Below are positions 49,555-59,135 of a stretch of 64,000 nt of DNA, in pieces. The notes under the pieces were generated by a model that was not told the DNA's origin, searched no databases, and saw only the letters and a list, made by a program, of their open reading frames with translations. How positions within the stretch are numbered: the first letter of the stretch is position 1; every line of letters starts with the position of its first letter. Source of the stretch: Escherichia phage BP32; sequence record OR906198.1; one strand, given 5' to 3'. Made by a program: the position numbers and the translations under genes.

Positions 49555-51368
49555 CAATTGAAAAAGAAATTGAAGGATTAATTCATAAAACTAATAAAGA
49601 CCTTTTGAACGAGAATGCTAATAAAGATTCTCGTGTTTTTCCAACTCAACGGGACCTTATGGCTGGTATTGTGTCTAAACACATTGCCAAAAATATGGTC
49701 CCGTCTTTTATTATGAAAGCGCATGAAAGCGGAATTATTCATTTCCATGATATTGATTATTCCCCTGCTCTTCCATTTACTAATTGCTGTTTAGTAGATT
49801 TAAAAGGAATGCTTGAGAACGGATTTAAGCTCGGTAATGCACAGATTGAAACTCCTAAATCAATCGGCGTTGCTACTGCAATTATGGCGCAAATTACTGC
49901 ACAGGTTGCTTCCCATCAATATGGTGGAACGACTTTTGCGAATGTAGACAAAGTACTTTCTCCTTATGTTAAACGCACCTATGCAAAACATATTGAAGAT
50001 GCAGAAAAATGGCAAATCGCTGATGCGCTGAATTACGCCCAGTCTAAAACAGAAAAAGACGTATACGATGCATTCCAAGCTTATGAATATGAAGTAAATA
50101 CTCTCTTTAGTTCAAACGGACAAACGCCCTTTGTAACAATTACATTTGGCACGGGAACTGACTGGACTGAACGAATGATTCAGAAAGCAATTCTGAAAAA
50201 TCGTATCAAAGGTCTTGGTCGTGATGGGATAACTCCTATTTTCCCTAAGCTTGTTATGTTCGTTGAAGAGGGTGTTAATCTTTATAAAGACGATCCGAAC
50301 TATGATATTAAGCAGCTTGCTCTAGAGTGTGCAAGTAAAAGAATGTATCCTGACATCATTTCGGCTAAGAACAATAAAGCTATCACAGGTTCATCTATTC
50401 CTGTTTCTCCAATGGGTTGCCGCAGTTTCTTAAGTGTATGGAAAGATTCGACTGGTAATGAAATTCTTGATGGACGTAATAATCTTGGCGTTGTAACACT
50501 GAATCTTCCTCGTATTGCGTTAGATTCTTATATTGGAACACAGTTCAATGAACAGAAATTTGCCGAATTGTTCAATGAACGAATGGATTTATGTTTTGAA
50601 GCTTTGATGTGTAGAATCAGTTCCTTAAAAGGAGTTAAAGCTACTGTTGCTCCTATTCTTTACCAAGAAGGTGCATTCGGGGTTCGTCTTAAACCTGATG
50701 ACGATATAATTGAGTTATTTAAAAACGGTAGAAGTTCAGTGTCCCTAGGATACATTGGTATTCACGAATTGAATATTCTTGTCGGTCGTGATATTGGACA
50801 AGAAATTTTAACTAAAATGAATACTCATCTTAAACAATGGACTGAAAGAACCGGATTTGCTTTTAGTTTATATTCTACTCCTGCTGAAAACCTGTGCTAT
50901 CGCTTCTGTAAACTTGATACCGAAAAATATGGAAGTGTAAAAGATGTTACCGATAAAGGCTGGTACACTAACAGTTTCCACGTTTCAGTAGAAGAAAATA
51001 TTACTCCGTTTGAAAAGATTTCTCGCGAAGCACCGTATCATTTCATTGCGACAGGTGGTCACATTTCTTATGTTGAACTTCCTGATATGAAAAATAACCT
51101 AAAAGGTCTTGAGGCTGTATGGGATTATGCTGCACAACATTTAGATTATTTTGGTGTTAATATGCCAGTAGATAAATGTTTTACATGCGGAAGTACCCAT
51201 GAAATGACTCCTACTGAAAACGGATTTGTTTGTTCTATTTGTGGAGAAACTGATCCTAAAAAGATGAACACAATAAGAAGAACATGTGGCTATTTGGGAA
51301 ATCCGAATGAACGCGGATTTAATCTTGGCAAAAATAAAGAAATCATGCATAGGGTTAAACACCAATGA
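49551..51368 (+). CDS. nrdD: anaerobic ribonucleoside-triphosphate reductase NrdD
   Basis: 605 aa uninterrupted; C-terminal zinc ribbon and glycyl-radical motif RRTCGYLG. Confidence 0.9.
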   Translation: MTIEKEIEGLIHKTNKDLLNENANKDSRVFPTQRDLMAGIVSKHIAKNMVPSFIMKAHESGIIHFHDIDYSPALPFTNCCLVDLKGMLENGFKLGNAQIETPKSIGVATAIMAQITAQVASHQYGGTTFANVDKVLSPYVKRTYAKHIEDAEKWQIADALNYAQSKTEKDVYDAFQAYEYEVNTLFSSNGQTPFVTITFGTGTDWTERMIQKAILKNRIKGLGRDGITPIFPKLVMFVEEGVNLYKDDPNYDIKQLALECASKRMYPDIISAKNNKAITGSSIPVSPMGCRSFLSVWKDSTGNEILDGRNNLGVVTLNLPRIALDSYIGTQFNEQKFAELFNERMDLCFEALMCRISSLKGVKATVAPILYQEGAFGVRLKPDDDIIELFKNGRSSVSLGYIGIHELNILVGRDIGQEILTKMNTHLKQWTERTGFAFSLYSTPAENLCYRFCKLDTEKYGSVKDVTDKGWYTNSFHVSVEENITPFEKISREAPYHFIATGGHISYVELPDMKNNLKGLEAVWDYAAQHLDYFGVNMPVDKCFTCGSTHEMTPTENGFVCSICGETDPKKMNTIRRTCGYLGNPNERGFNLGKNKEIMHRVKHQ

Positions 51369-51835
51369 ATTATGATAGATTTTATCCTTGCGATTTTGTG
51401 AATGGCCCTGGATGCAGGGTCGTTCTTTTCGTTACAGGTTGTTTGCATAAATGCGAAGGGTGTTATAATAAATCAACGTGGAATGCTAGAAATGGCGTTC
51501 CATTCACTGGTGAAACACTGGAACAATTAATTGAATGTTTGAATAATGATTATATAGAAGGATTAACTATAACTGGAGGAGACCCTCTTTATCCTGATAA
51601 TCGAGATGTTGTTCATTGCATTGTTCAAACAGTAAAAAATCTTTATCCAAATAAAAGCATTTGGTTGTGGACAGGATATAAATTTGAAGATATTAAACAA
51701 CTAGAAATGCTTAAATATGTTGATGTTATTATTGATGGGAAGTATGAGAAAAATCTTCCGACCAAAAAGCTGTGGCGAGGTTCAGATAATCAGCGACTTT
51801 GGTCAAATACCGATGGGGTGTGGAAACATGATTAA
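51365..51835 (+). CDS. nrdG: anaerobic NTP reductase activase NrdG (radical SAM)
   Basis: 156 aa; CxxxCxxC cluster GCLHKCEGCYN; ATGA-coupled to nrdD. Confidence 0.9.
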   Translation: MNYDRFYPCDFVNGPGCRVVLFVTGCLHKCEGCYNKSTWNARNGVPFTGETLEQLIECLNNDYIEGLTITGGDPLYPDNRDVVHCIVQTVKNLYPNKSIWLWTGYKFEDIKQLEMLKYVDVIIDGKYEKNLPTKKLWRGSDNQRLWSNTDGVWKHD

Positions 51836-51949
51836 ATTGAATTATATTATGGACACTATAAATGATATGATTTTTCATTTTGGTCCAGAATTTTATTCGC
51901 AGTATAGTTTAGTACTTATCAATGCTTGGTTAATCAATTAAGGGTAAAT

Positions 51950-52162
51950 ATGTATAAATTTCGTAAAGGTTTAGCTGATTTTCTTACAACCGTAACGTTC
52001 TTTTTGTTTATGGCAGTTGGAGCTATTTTCCTTATTCCTTTTATTGCTATATTTTTCGTGATTAGTTTGATTTCTCCAGAAAAAGGACTATCTTCTAGCG
52101 AATTCAATGAGCGTCTGGATAAAATTACTAACAAGCTGAATGCTGCTCTTAGTAAGGAATAG
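51950..52162 (+). CDS. small membrane protein
   Basis: 70 aa from ATG 51950 behind AAGGG RBS; hydrophobic core FFLFMAVGAIFLIPFIAIFFVISLI. Confidence 0.5.
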   Translation: MYKFRKGLADFLTTVTFFLFMAVGAIFLIPFIAIFFVISLISPEKGLSSSEFNERLDKITNKLNAALSKE

Positions 52163-52164
52163 TT

Positions 52165-52473
52165 GTGAAACAAAACAAGATTGAAGTCTATGGAATTCCA
52201 GATGAAGTAGGTCGTTGTCCTGGATGTCAATCAGTTACAAAACTTCTAAAGGAGCTCAATGCTCCTTTTACTTTCTATAAAGTTCTTACAAATAATGGTA
52301 AGATTGAGTATGATCGTCCACTGATTGTATCTCTTGCTAAACGAGCTGGATTCACATCTCTTAACATTCGTTATCCAGTCATTTTCATCAATGATTCTAG
52401 ACAAAAGAACATTAAACACTTCAAAGAAACTCTCATTTCACTTGGATATGATAGAGATATCATAGAAGATTAA
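52165..52473 (+). CDS. nrdH: glutaredoxin-like protein (NrdH-like)
   Basis: 102 aa with CPGC redox motif. Confidence 0.7.
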   Translation: MKQNKIEVYGIPDEVGRCPGCQSVTKLLKELNAPFTFYKVLTNNGKIEYDRPLIVSLAKRAGFTSLNIRYPVIFINDSRQKNIKHFKETLISLGYDRDIIED

Positions 52474-52476
52474 GAT

Positions 52477-52497
52477 GGGCCCTCTGGGCCTTTCTTT
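52477..52497 (+). terminator. intrinsic terminator (short stem)
   Basis: GGGCC-CTCT-GGGCC stem-loop followed by TTTCTTT. Confidence 0.5.
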
Positions 52498-52572
52498 CTC
52501 ACATTCTGTATATTACCATTCTAAGCTATCGTTCCCTTCTTATCATTCCCTAAAATAATTTTCACAAAGTTG

Positions 52573-52601
52573 TTTACAAGAAGTTTAAACTGTGGTATTA
52601 T
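52573..52601 (+). promoter_or_regulatory. T4-type early promoter
   Basis: -35 TTTACA, 17-bp spacer, -10 TATTAT; upstream flank AAAATAATTTTCACAAAGTTG resembles the 21001/21331 cassette. Confidence 0.65.
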
Positions 52602-52631
52602 TAACATATGAATTGCCTTTGAGGATTTGAT

Positions 52632-52814
52632 ATGGTTGTGGTTGATAAAGAAATTAAAAAGGGACAATATTATTTTATTAATGGTAATGTTGTTCGTGTT
52701 ACTTATGTAAACGGTTTTGAAGTTTATTATCTTATACTCAAGTTACATAAACAGATGATTTGTGATCGTGCTGTATTTAGTTCAGTTGCTAAGGAAATTA
52801 AACTCCATGGGTAA
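52632..52814 (+). CDS. hypothetical small protein
   Basis: 60-aa ORF. Confidence 0.5.
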   Translation: MVVVDKEIKKGQYYFINGNVVRVTYVNGFEVYYLILKLHKQMICDRAVFSSVAKEIKLHG

Positions 52815-53100
52815 AACGTATCGTCGTAAAGATTTAAAAGTACGTGATTATGACTATTTCGGAAAGCGTAAAGCTCCTGATGGTGTAAGTCATAAAGATA
52901 TGGTTGAAAACATTTTTCGCTCTGATAAATGGCGTAGAATGAAAGGCATTGATTCAGAAGTTAAAGATGAGTTAAATCGTCAATTGCGTGGTGAAGTAAG
53001 AAAGTTGAAAAAATCAGTTTACATTGACGATGATTTTGATTACAATACTTCTCAACGAGTTGCTAAGCGTAAATCAAACGAGTGCTATCGTTACAGCTGA
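52807..53100 (+). CDS. hypothetical basic protein
   Basis: 97 aa from ATG 52807 behind AAGGAAA RBS (ORF track 52762). Confidence 0.5.
   Translation: MGKTYRRKDLKVRDYDYFGKRKAPDGVSHKDMVENIFRSDKWRRMKGIDSEVKDELNRQLRGEVRKLKKSVYIDDDFDYNTSQRVAKRKSNECYRYS
53018..53046 (+). promoter_or_regulatory. candidate internal early promoter
   Basis: -35 TTTACA, 17-bp spacer, -10 TACAAT inside the preceding ORF. Confidence 0.3.
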
Positions 53101-53107
53101 GGAAAAT

Positions 53108-53239
53108 ATGAATATCAAACGCATGCTTTTTAAACAAGGATTATACACTTTAAATATTGCTCCAAAAGGCGATACGACCAAGTGGTCAGTAAATGACTGG
53201 ATTAAATTCATTGATGAAAACGGTAACTGGAAAATTTAA
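53108..53239 (+). CDS. hypothetical small protein
   Basis: 43 aa from ATG 53108 behind TGAGGAAAA RBS. Confidence 0.35.
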   Translation: MNIKRMLFKQGLYTLNIAPKGDTTKWSVNDWIKFIDENGNWKI

Positions 53240-53440
53240 ATGAATCCTGAATCTAAATTATCACAACGAATTGCCGAAGCTCGTCGTCAGTTCTTTGAAA
53301 ATATGATAGCCCAAGGTATTGATGACGAAGTTTTTCTGAACTGGTTTTGGAATCACAAATATTCAAGCTGTTCAGGGGCAATATTAATATCAGCCGCAAT
53401 GATGTATGAAGGCTGGAAAGGTGCCAAACAGTTTAGCTAA
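53240..53440 (+). CDS. hypothetical small protein
   Basis: 66-aa ORF. Confidence 0.5.
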   Translation: MNPESKLSQRIAEARRQFFENMIAQGIDDEVFLNWFWNHKYSSCSGAILISAAMMYEGWKGAKQFS

Positions 53441-53457
53441 GGGCTTCGGCCCTTTTT
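53439..53457 (+). terminator. intrinsic terminator
   Basis: AGGGC-TTCG-GCCCT stem-loop followed by TTTTT. Confidence 0.65.
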
Positions 53458-53492
53458 GGATAATAAAATTTTAACGCAATTGAGGATAATGT

Positions 53493-53819
53493 ATGACTAT
53501 TCAAATTAAAAACGCCATCAATTCTTATGCATATGATAAAGTAGTTTCTCTGCTAGAAAAAGGCGATATTGTAACTCCTCAAATTTTGGATAAATGGGAA
53601 AAAGAGCTTCATCAGACGATGAAACAGAATGATCAGAAGATTGGACGAAATACTGTCCGTGAATTGATGGTTCAATATATCTTGTCAGAATTTGATGTTA
53701 AAGCTTTTGGTGTAGAATCTAAAGCTTATCAAAAGCATGAAATTTCTGATAAAACTATTCGTCGTATGAAAAATCAACGCAAGAAAAAATTTGCTGATCT
53801 GAAAATTACTAAGGTATGA
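53493..53819 (+). CDS. hypothetical protein
   Basis: 108-aa ORF behind GAGGATAAT RBS. Confidence 0.6.
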   Translation: MTIQIKNAINSYAYDKVVSLLEKGDIVTPQILDKWEKELHQTMKQNDQKIGRNTVRELMVQYILSEFDVKAFGVESKAYQKHEISDKTIRRMKNQRKKKFADLKITKV

Positions 53820-54037
53820 ATATGAATGAAGCTCTTATTAACGATTTGCGTCTTGCCGGATATGAAGTAAATACTAATGGCATTGGTTTAACTCAAATTG
53901 AAGGAAACGGATTCATCCTTGAGTATGAATTTAGCCAATGGTGGTTATATGCTAATTATGGCGAATTAATTGAATATGTCGATCAATTTGATTCACTAGA
54001 TGCAGCTCTTGAAGCGGCTAAGTTGATGAATACATGA
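53816..54037 (+). CDS. hypothetical small acidic protein
   Basis: 73-aa ORF, ATGA-coupled. Confidence 0.55.
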   Translation: MNMNEALINDLRLAGYEVNTNGIGLTQIEGNGFILEYEFSQWWLYANYGELIEYVDQFDSLDAALEAAKLMNT

Positions 54038-54303
54038 AATTTATTAATATTTCTATTACTATTGAAAATTATGGAATTTTCTATGTTGACCAATATATGA
54101 AAATTTCATTTTTCCCAAATAAGACTGGTGTTGGATATTGGGAAAGCCATGTTTCTGAATTAAATGAAAGTGAATATGTTAGCACACATGAAAAGTTTTT
54201 AGACTTTTTATATCATGCTGATTTAACTAGTCATTACATAGATATTCATGAATTTAAAAAGATGATGGAGAAAGTGTTCCAAGCATACTGTTTACTTAGA
54301 TAA
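54034..54303 (+). CDS. hypothetical small protein
   Basis: 89-aa ORF, ATGA-coupled. Confidence 0.55.
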   Translation: MKFINISITIENYGIFYVDQYMKISFFPNKTGVGYWESHVSELNESEYVSTHEKFLDFLYHADLTSHYIDIHEFKKMMEKVFQAYCLLR

Positions 54304-54314
54304 CTGATATCCTC

Positions 54315-54344
54315 TATGCTTTAAGATAGATCTTCAAATATTAT
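54315..54344 (+). promoter_or_regulatory. candidate MotA-dependent middle promoter for gene 55
   Basis: MotA box taTGCTTtA (54315-23), TATTAT at 54339-44; overlaps inverted repeat GATAGATCT/AGATCTATG. Confidence 0.4.
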
Positions 54345-54381
54345 GATATAATAGATCTATGAATTGAGCTAAGAGGTGAAA

Positions 54382-54939
54382 ATGTCAGAAACTAAGCCTA
54401 AATATAATTACGTAAACAATAAAGAGCTTTTACAAGCTATTATTGATTGGAAAACAGAATTAGCAAATAATAAAGACCCAAATAAAGTAGTTCGTCAGAA
54501 TGATACTATCGGATTAGCCATTATGCTTATTGCAGAAGGCTTATCTAAACGTTTCAACTTTTCAGGATACACCCAGTCTTGGAAACAAGAAATGATTGCA
54601 GATGGTATAGAAGCTTCTATTAAGGGGCTTCATAATTTTGACGAAACGAAATATAAAAACCCACATGCATATATAACTCAAGCTTGTTTTAATGCATTCG
54701 TCCAACGTATTAAAAAAGAACGTAAGGAAGTTGCAAAGAAATATAGTTACTTCGTTCACAATGTCTATGACAGTCGTGACGACGATATGGTTGCGTTAGT
54801 AGATGAAACTTTTATTCAAGACATTTACGATAAAATGACGCATTACGAAGAATCAACCTATAGAACACTAGGGGCTGAAAAGAAAAGTGTTGTAGACGAT
54901 TCTCCTAGTTTGGATTTTTTATATGAGGCTAACGATTAA
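54382..54939 (+). CDS. 55: gp55 late sigma factor
   Basis: 185 aa from ATG 54382 ([23 protein letters not shown]...) behind AAGAGG RBS. Confidence 0.9.
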   Translation: MSETKPKYNYVNNKELLQAIIDWKTELANNKDPNKVVRQNDTIGLAIMLIAEGLSKRFNFSGYTQSWKQEMIADGIEASIKGLHNFDETKYKNPHAYITQACFNAFVQRIKKERKEVAKKYSYFVHNVYDSRDDDMVALVDETFIQDIYDKMTHYEESTYRTLGAEKKSVVDDSPSLDFLYEAND

Positions 54940-55141
54940 CCTCTCCGGATTCTTGGAAGAAATACCCGAAGTTGAAGCTATTCCCTATTTACTTAAAATG
55001 TATCTCAGGGAAGTTTTAGCTCTTGACATTGATATTGATCCAGAAAATCCGTATGATACCGCTTTTAAATCTAATGGTGTAGAATTAAACTATCGGTATC
55101 ATTTAACAGATGATGATTTTTATTTTATATTAGAGAAATAA
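54923..55141 (+). CDS. hypothetical small protein
   Basis: 72-aa ORF overlapping end of gene 55. Confidence 0.5.
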   Translation: MRLTINLSGFLEEIPEVEAIPYLLKMYLREVLALDIDIDPENPYDTAFKSNGVELNYRYHLTDDDFYFILEK

Positions 55142-55142
55142 T

Positions 55143-55460
55143 ATGACTGATAAACCCGAAATTAATGATGAAGTGGAAAAGCTTATTTCTTCTATTGAAG
55201 AAAAGAACCGTCTTGAAGCAGAAAGAAAAGCAAATAAGTTATTGTCTAAAAATAAACGCGAACTGAACCGTCTTTATAAACACGCTCAAATTGCAGCTGA
55301 AAACAATAATTTTGCTCAATACGAATATGCTATCAAGAAAAGTCGGGATATTCTAAAACAGCCATATAATGATGAACTCATTAGTATTCTTTGGAAGACT
55401 ACTAGATCACAGATTGAGGATATGATTGATGCTTACACACGTAAAATTCAAGCGTCTTAA
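55143..55460 (+). CDS. hypothetical coiled-coil protein
   Basis: 105-aa ORF. Confidence 0.6.
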   Translation: MTDKPEINDEVEKLISSIEEKNRLEAERKANKLLSKNKRELNRLYKHAQIAAENNNFAQYEYAIKKSRDILKQPYNDELISILWKTTRSQIEDMIDAYTRKIQAS

Positions 55461-55632
55461 AATTAATGCAGGATTTACTGAATCTTTGAATGGTCATCTT
55501 TGTGTGAAAATTTCTGAAAAAGAATACCATGATAGTTCAATTAAAGAAGTTAATCCTCCTATTGTAAGAGCAGACCCTAATATGAAAGTGTGGGTTGATT
55601 CTTATCAAGTCAAAAAATGGTGGCAACTGTGA
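55429..55632 (+). CDS. hypothetical small protein
   Basis: 67 aa from ATG 55429 behind GAGGA RBS; overlaps previous ORF by 32 nt. Confidence 0.4.
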   Translation: MLTHVKFKRLKINAGFTESLNGHLCVKISEKEYHDSSIKEVNPPIVRADPNMKVWVDSYQVKKWWQL

Positions 55633-55635
55633 AAG

Positions 55636-55809
55636 ATGAACACCCAGACTTCTGAAATAGATTATAATAAAATTCGTTCCTCTAAAGTAGAAATGATGAG
55701 ACGTTTTAAAGAGTCTCATGATAAAGCTAAAGCAGAAGGAACTATAACATATAAGCGTATAAAATTTAGAAGCTCTAATGAGCCTCTGTATGGCGTATTA
55801 TGTGGATAG
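55636..55809 (+). CDS. hypothetical small protein
   Basis: 57-aa ORF (below ORF-track cutoff) followed by stem-loop. Confidence 0.4.
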   Translation: MNTQTSEIDYNKIRSSKVEMMRRFKESHDKAKAEGTITYKRIKFRSSNEPLYGVLCG

Positions 55810-55824
55810 GAGCCTCGGCTCCTA

Positions 55825-55851
55825 TATTGCTTTATAAATTTTTGGTAAAAT
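55825..55851 (+). promoter_or_regulatory. candidate MotA-dependent middle promoter for agt
   Basis: MotA box tatTGCTTtA (55825-34), TAAAAT 11 nt downstream. Confidence 0.35.
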
Positions 55852-55875
55852 AAACCAAAACAATGAGGATATTAA

Positions 55876-57078
55876 ATGAAAGTATGCATTTTTATGGCTC
55901 GAGGTCTTGAAGGTTGTGGTGTAACTAAATTTTCTCTTGAGCAACGTGATTGGTTTATTAAAAATGGTCATGAAGTAACTTTGGTTTATGCTAAAGATAA
56001 ATCATTTACTCGTAATTGCGCGCATGATTATAAGTCATTTTCAATTCCAGTTTTATTGGCAAAAGAATACGATAAAACACTTAAGCTGGTAAATGATTGT
56101 GATATTCTAATTATCAATTCAGTTCCTGCTACTTCAGTAGAAGAAGACACTATTAATAACTATAAAAAAATTATTGATAACATTAAACCTTCGGTTCGTG
56201 TTGTAGTTTATCAGCATGACCATTCTTCTCTTTCTTTGCGCCGAAATTTGGGATTAGAAGAAACTGTTCGTCGAGCTGATGTTATTTTTAGCCATTCTGA
56301 TAATGGTGATTTTAATAAAGTTCTGATGAAAGAATGGTATCCGGAAACTGTTTCTCTGTTTGATGATATTGAAGAAGCACCGACCGTATATAACTTTCAG
56401 CCTCCTATGGATATTGCGAAGGTTCGATCAACCTACTGGAAAGATGTTTCTGAAATTAACATGAATATCAACCGTTGGATTGGTCGTACTACTACATGGA
56501 AAGGCTTTTATCAGATGTTTGATTTTCACGAAAAACATCTTAAACCTGCAGGACTAAGTACTATTATGGAAGGTCTGGAACGTTCTCCAGCTTTCATTCC
56601 TATTAAAGAAAAAGGAATTCCATACGAGTATTATCGTCTTCATCAAGTAGACCAAATTAAAATTGCTCCTAATTTGCCGACGCAAATTCTCGACCGTTAT
56701 GTAAATAGCGAAATGCTTGAACGCATGAGTAAATCCGGATTTGGTTATCAGCTGAGTAAGTTGGACAAAAAATATCTACAACGTTCTTTAGAATATACTC
56801 ATCTCGAGCTTGGTGCATGTGGAACAATTCCGGTATTTTGGAAATCTACGGGCGAAAATTTAAAATTCCGTGTTGATAACACTCCGTTAATTTCTCATGA
56901 TAGCGGTATCGTTTGGTTTGATGAAAATGACATGGAATCAACATTTGAACGTATTAAAGAACTGTCATCTGACCGAGCTCTTTATGACCGCGAACGTGAA
57001 AAAGCTTATGAATTTTTGTATCAGCATCAAGATTCAAGCTTCTGCTTTAAAGAACAGTTTGACATTATTACAAAATAA
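55876..57078 (+). CDS. agt: DNA alpha-glucosyltransferase
   Basis: 400 aa, MKVCIFMARGLEGCGVTKFSLEQRDWFIKNGHEVTLVYAKDK..., matches T4 alpha-gt. Confidence 0.9.
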   Translation: MKVCIFMARGLEGCGVTKFSLEQRDWFIKNGHEVTLVYAKDKSFTRNCAHDYKSFSIPVLLAKEYDKTLKLVNDCDILIINSVPATSVEEDTINNYKKIIDNIKPSVRVVVYQHDHSSLSLRRNLGLEETVRRADVIFSHSDNGDFNKVLMKEWYPETVSLFDDIEEAPTVYNFQPPMDIAKVRSTYWKDVSEINMNINRWIGRTTTWKGFYQMFDFHEKHLKPAGLSTIMEGLERSPAFIPIKEKGIPYEYYRLHQVDQIKIAPNLPTQILDRYVNSEMLERMSKSGFGYQLSKLDKKYLQRSLEYTHLELGACGTIPVFWKSTGENLKFRVDNTPLISHDSGIVWFDENDMESTFERIKELSSDRALYDREREKAYEFLYQHQDSSFCFKEQFDIITK

Positions 57079-57094
57079 AGGGCTTCGGCCCTTT
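57079..57094 (+). terminator. intrinsic terminator
   Basis: AGGGC-TTCG-GCCCT stem-loop followed by TTT, right after agt stop. Confidence 0.6.
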
Positions 57095-57117
57095 AGCTTT
57101 ATACGGAGTTTGATATA

Positions 57118-57258
57118 ATGATATTCCTTGGATATGTGATACTTTTTCTAGCGTTTTATCTATTCACTAGAGCATGTTGGATTGGGTTCTTTAGCACCCC
57201 AGATGGATTTATTTCAATAATTTTATTTTGCATTTCAATGACGGTTCTTGATATATGA
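57118..57258 (+). CDS. candidate 46-aa hydrophobic micro-protein
   Basis: ATG 57118 behind ACGGAG RBS; MIFLGYVILFLAFYLFTRACWIGFF...; stop overlaps next ATG (ATGA). Confidence 0.4.
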   Translation: MIFLGYVILFLAFYLFTRACWIGFFSTPDGFISIILFCISMTVLDI

Positions 57259-57878
57259 AAAAATATATAACTTATTTAACAATATATAGTGGAGATAAAC
57301 TTCCTCCTTTTTATATTGGATCTACATCTTTAGATAGGCATTTAGCCGGATATCATGGATCAGTTTTATCTAAAAAGTATAAGAAAATTTATAATGAAGA
57401 ACTTTCAAATAACCCACATTTATTTGATTCATGCATTTTAGATGAATTTGATACGCGCGAAGAAGCTATTAAATGCGAGCTATATTATCAACGTTTGCAT
57501 GATGCGGTTAAAAATCCATTATTCTTTAATATGTCATATGCTGCTCCAAAAGGTTCATTTGGAAGAGATATTAAAGGACAAAATCATCCATTATATGGTT
57601 CTCATAATTGTAAAGGAAACATACATTCACATGACCCATTAACAGGAAAATCTGCCTTTTTACCGTATATTCCAGAAGGTTATGTAAAAGGAAGGTCAAA
57701 TAAATTTAAAGCTTCATCACATAATAAAGGTAAAAAATGGTATAATAACGGAGTTAAGCAAATGTTATGTCATGAACCTCCTGGTCCTGAATGGACAAAG
57801 GGAAAAATTAAAGAACTAGTTTCAAAAGCAGCTAAATTAGGATGGAAAAGACACCATGAAAATACTAAACTTGGGTGA
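57255..57878 (+). CDS. GIY-YIG homing endonuclease-like protein (Seg-like, possibly degenerate)
   Basis: 207 aa; N-terminus YITYLTIYSGDKLPPFYIGSTS...R...E resembles GIY-YIG core; basic Gly/His-rich C-terminus. Confidence 0.55.
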   Translation: MKKYITYLTIYSGDKLPPFYIGSTSLDRHLAGYHGSVLSKKYKKIYNEELSNNPHLFDSCILDEFDTREEAIKCELYYQRLHDAVKNPLFFNMSYAAPKGSFGRDIKGQNHPLYGSHNCKGNIHSHDPLTGKSAFLPYIPEGYVKGRSNKFKASSHNKGKKWYNNGVKQMLCHEPPGPEWTKGKIKELVSKAAKLGWKRHHENTKLG

Positions 57879-58875
57879 TTGGCATTTAGGCGTTAAAGCT
57901 GATGATGAGTGGATTCGCGGTATTCAAATTGATGGAATTAAGCAAGCGATAGAATATTCTAAGAAAAATGGAATTACGGTATGGATTCAATACGGTGATA
58001 TTTTTGATGTACGAAAAGCGATCACGCATAAAACTATGGAGTTTGCTCGTGAAATAGTTCAAATGCTTGATGGCGCTGGAATCACATTACATACTATTGT
58101 AGGAAATCACGATCTCCACTATAAAAATGTAATGCATCCAAACGCTTCTACTGAGCTTTTGGCTAAATATCCTAATGTTAAAGTATATGATAAGCCTACT
58201 ACAGTAGATTTTGACGGATGTTTGATTGATTTAATTCCTTGGATGTGTGAAGAAAATACTGGTGAAATTCTTGAACACATCAAAACTTCATCTGCTTCTT
58301 TTTGTGTTGGTCACTGGGAGCTGAATGGATTTTATTTTTATAAAGGAATGAAATCTCACGGTCTTGAACCTGATTTCCTTAAGACTTATAAAGAGGTTTG
58401 GTCTGGTCACTTCCATACTATCTCTGAGGCTGCTAACGTCAAATATATTGGGACACCATGGACACTAACTGCAGGTGACGAGAATGACCCTCGCGGGTTC
58501 TGGATGTTTGATACAGAAACAGAACGAATGGAATTTATTCCAAACAACACTACCTGGCATCGTCGAATTCAATATCCATTTAAGGGAAAAATTGACTATA
58601 AAGATTTTACAAATCTATCAGTACGTGTTATAGTAACTGAGGTAGACAAAAATCTGACGAAGTTCGAATCTGAACTAGAAAAAGTTGTGCATTCATTACG
58701 AGTTGTGTCAAAGATTGATAACTCTGTTGAGTCAGATGATAGTGAAGAAGTTGAAGTTCAATCTCTTCAGACGTTGATGGAAGAATATATTAATGCAATT
58801 CCAGACATCACTGATTCTGATCGCGAAGCACTTATTCAATATGCAAATCAGTTATATGTAGAGGCAACACAATGA
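57856..58875 (+). CDS. 47: gp47 recombination endonuclease subunit (Mre11-like)
   Basis: 339 aa; phosphoesterase motifs DWHLG, GDIFD, GNHD. Confidence 0.9.
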   Translation: MKILNLGDWHLGVKADDEWIRGIQIDGIKQAIEYSKKNGITVWIQYGDIFDVRKAITHKTMEFAREIVQMLDGAGITLHTIVGNHDLHYKNVMHPNASTELLAKYPNVKVYDKPTTVDFDGCLIDLIPWMCEENTGEILEHIKTSSASFCVGHWELNGFYFYKGMKSHGLEPDFLKTYKEVWSGHFHTISEAANVKYIGTPWTLTAGDENDPRGFWMFDTETERMEFIPNNTTWHRRIQYPFKGKIDYKDFTNLSVRVIVTEVDKNLTKFESELEKVVHSLRVVSKIDNSVESDDSEEVEVQSLQTLMEEYINAIPDITDSDREALIQYANQLYVEATQ

Positions 58876-59135
58876 CTTTTGATGAATTTAAAAATGTTAT
58901 GATGAGTCAGCATTTTGAATGCGAAGTAAAAGATGATATTGGGCATAAAGAAATTATTGAATATTGGTTTGAACCGTTAGAGGTTGAAGATAATTGTATT
59001 AAAAAGGTTACGGTCTGCACTGACTGGGCTGTATCTTTTAACTTCAACATTTTAGATAATGACACACCTAAATCATTACAAGATATGGCTGTATCTTGTA
59101 TTAAGGATGCATACTGTGAAGTTTTCGACATTTGA
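58872..59135 (+). CDS. hypothetical protein (46.x position)
   Basis: 87-aa ORF, ATGA-coupled to gene 47. Confidence 0.55.
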   Translation: MTFDEFKNVMMSQHFECEVKDDIGHKEIIEYWFEPLEVEDNCIKKVTVCTDWAVSFNFNILDNDTPKSLQDMAVSCIKDAYCEVFDI

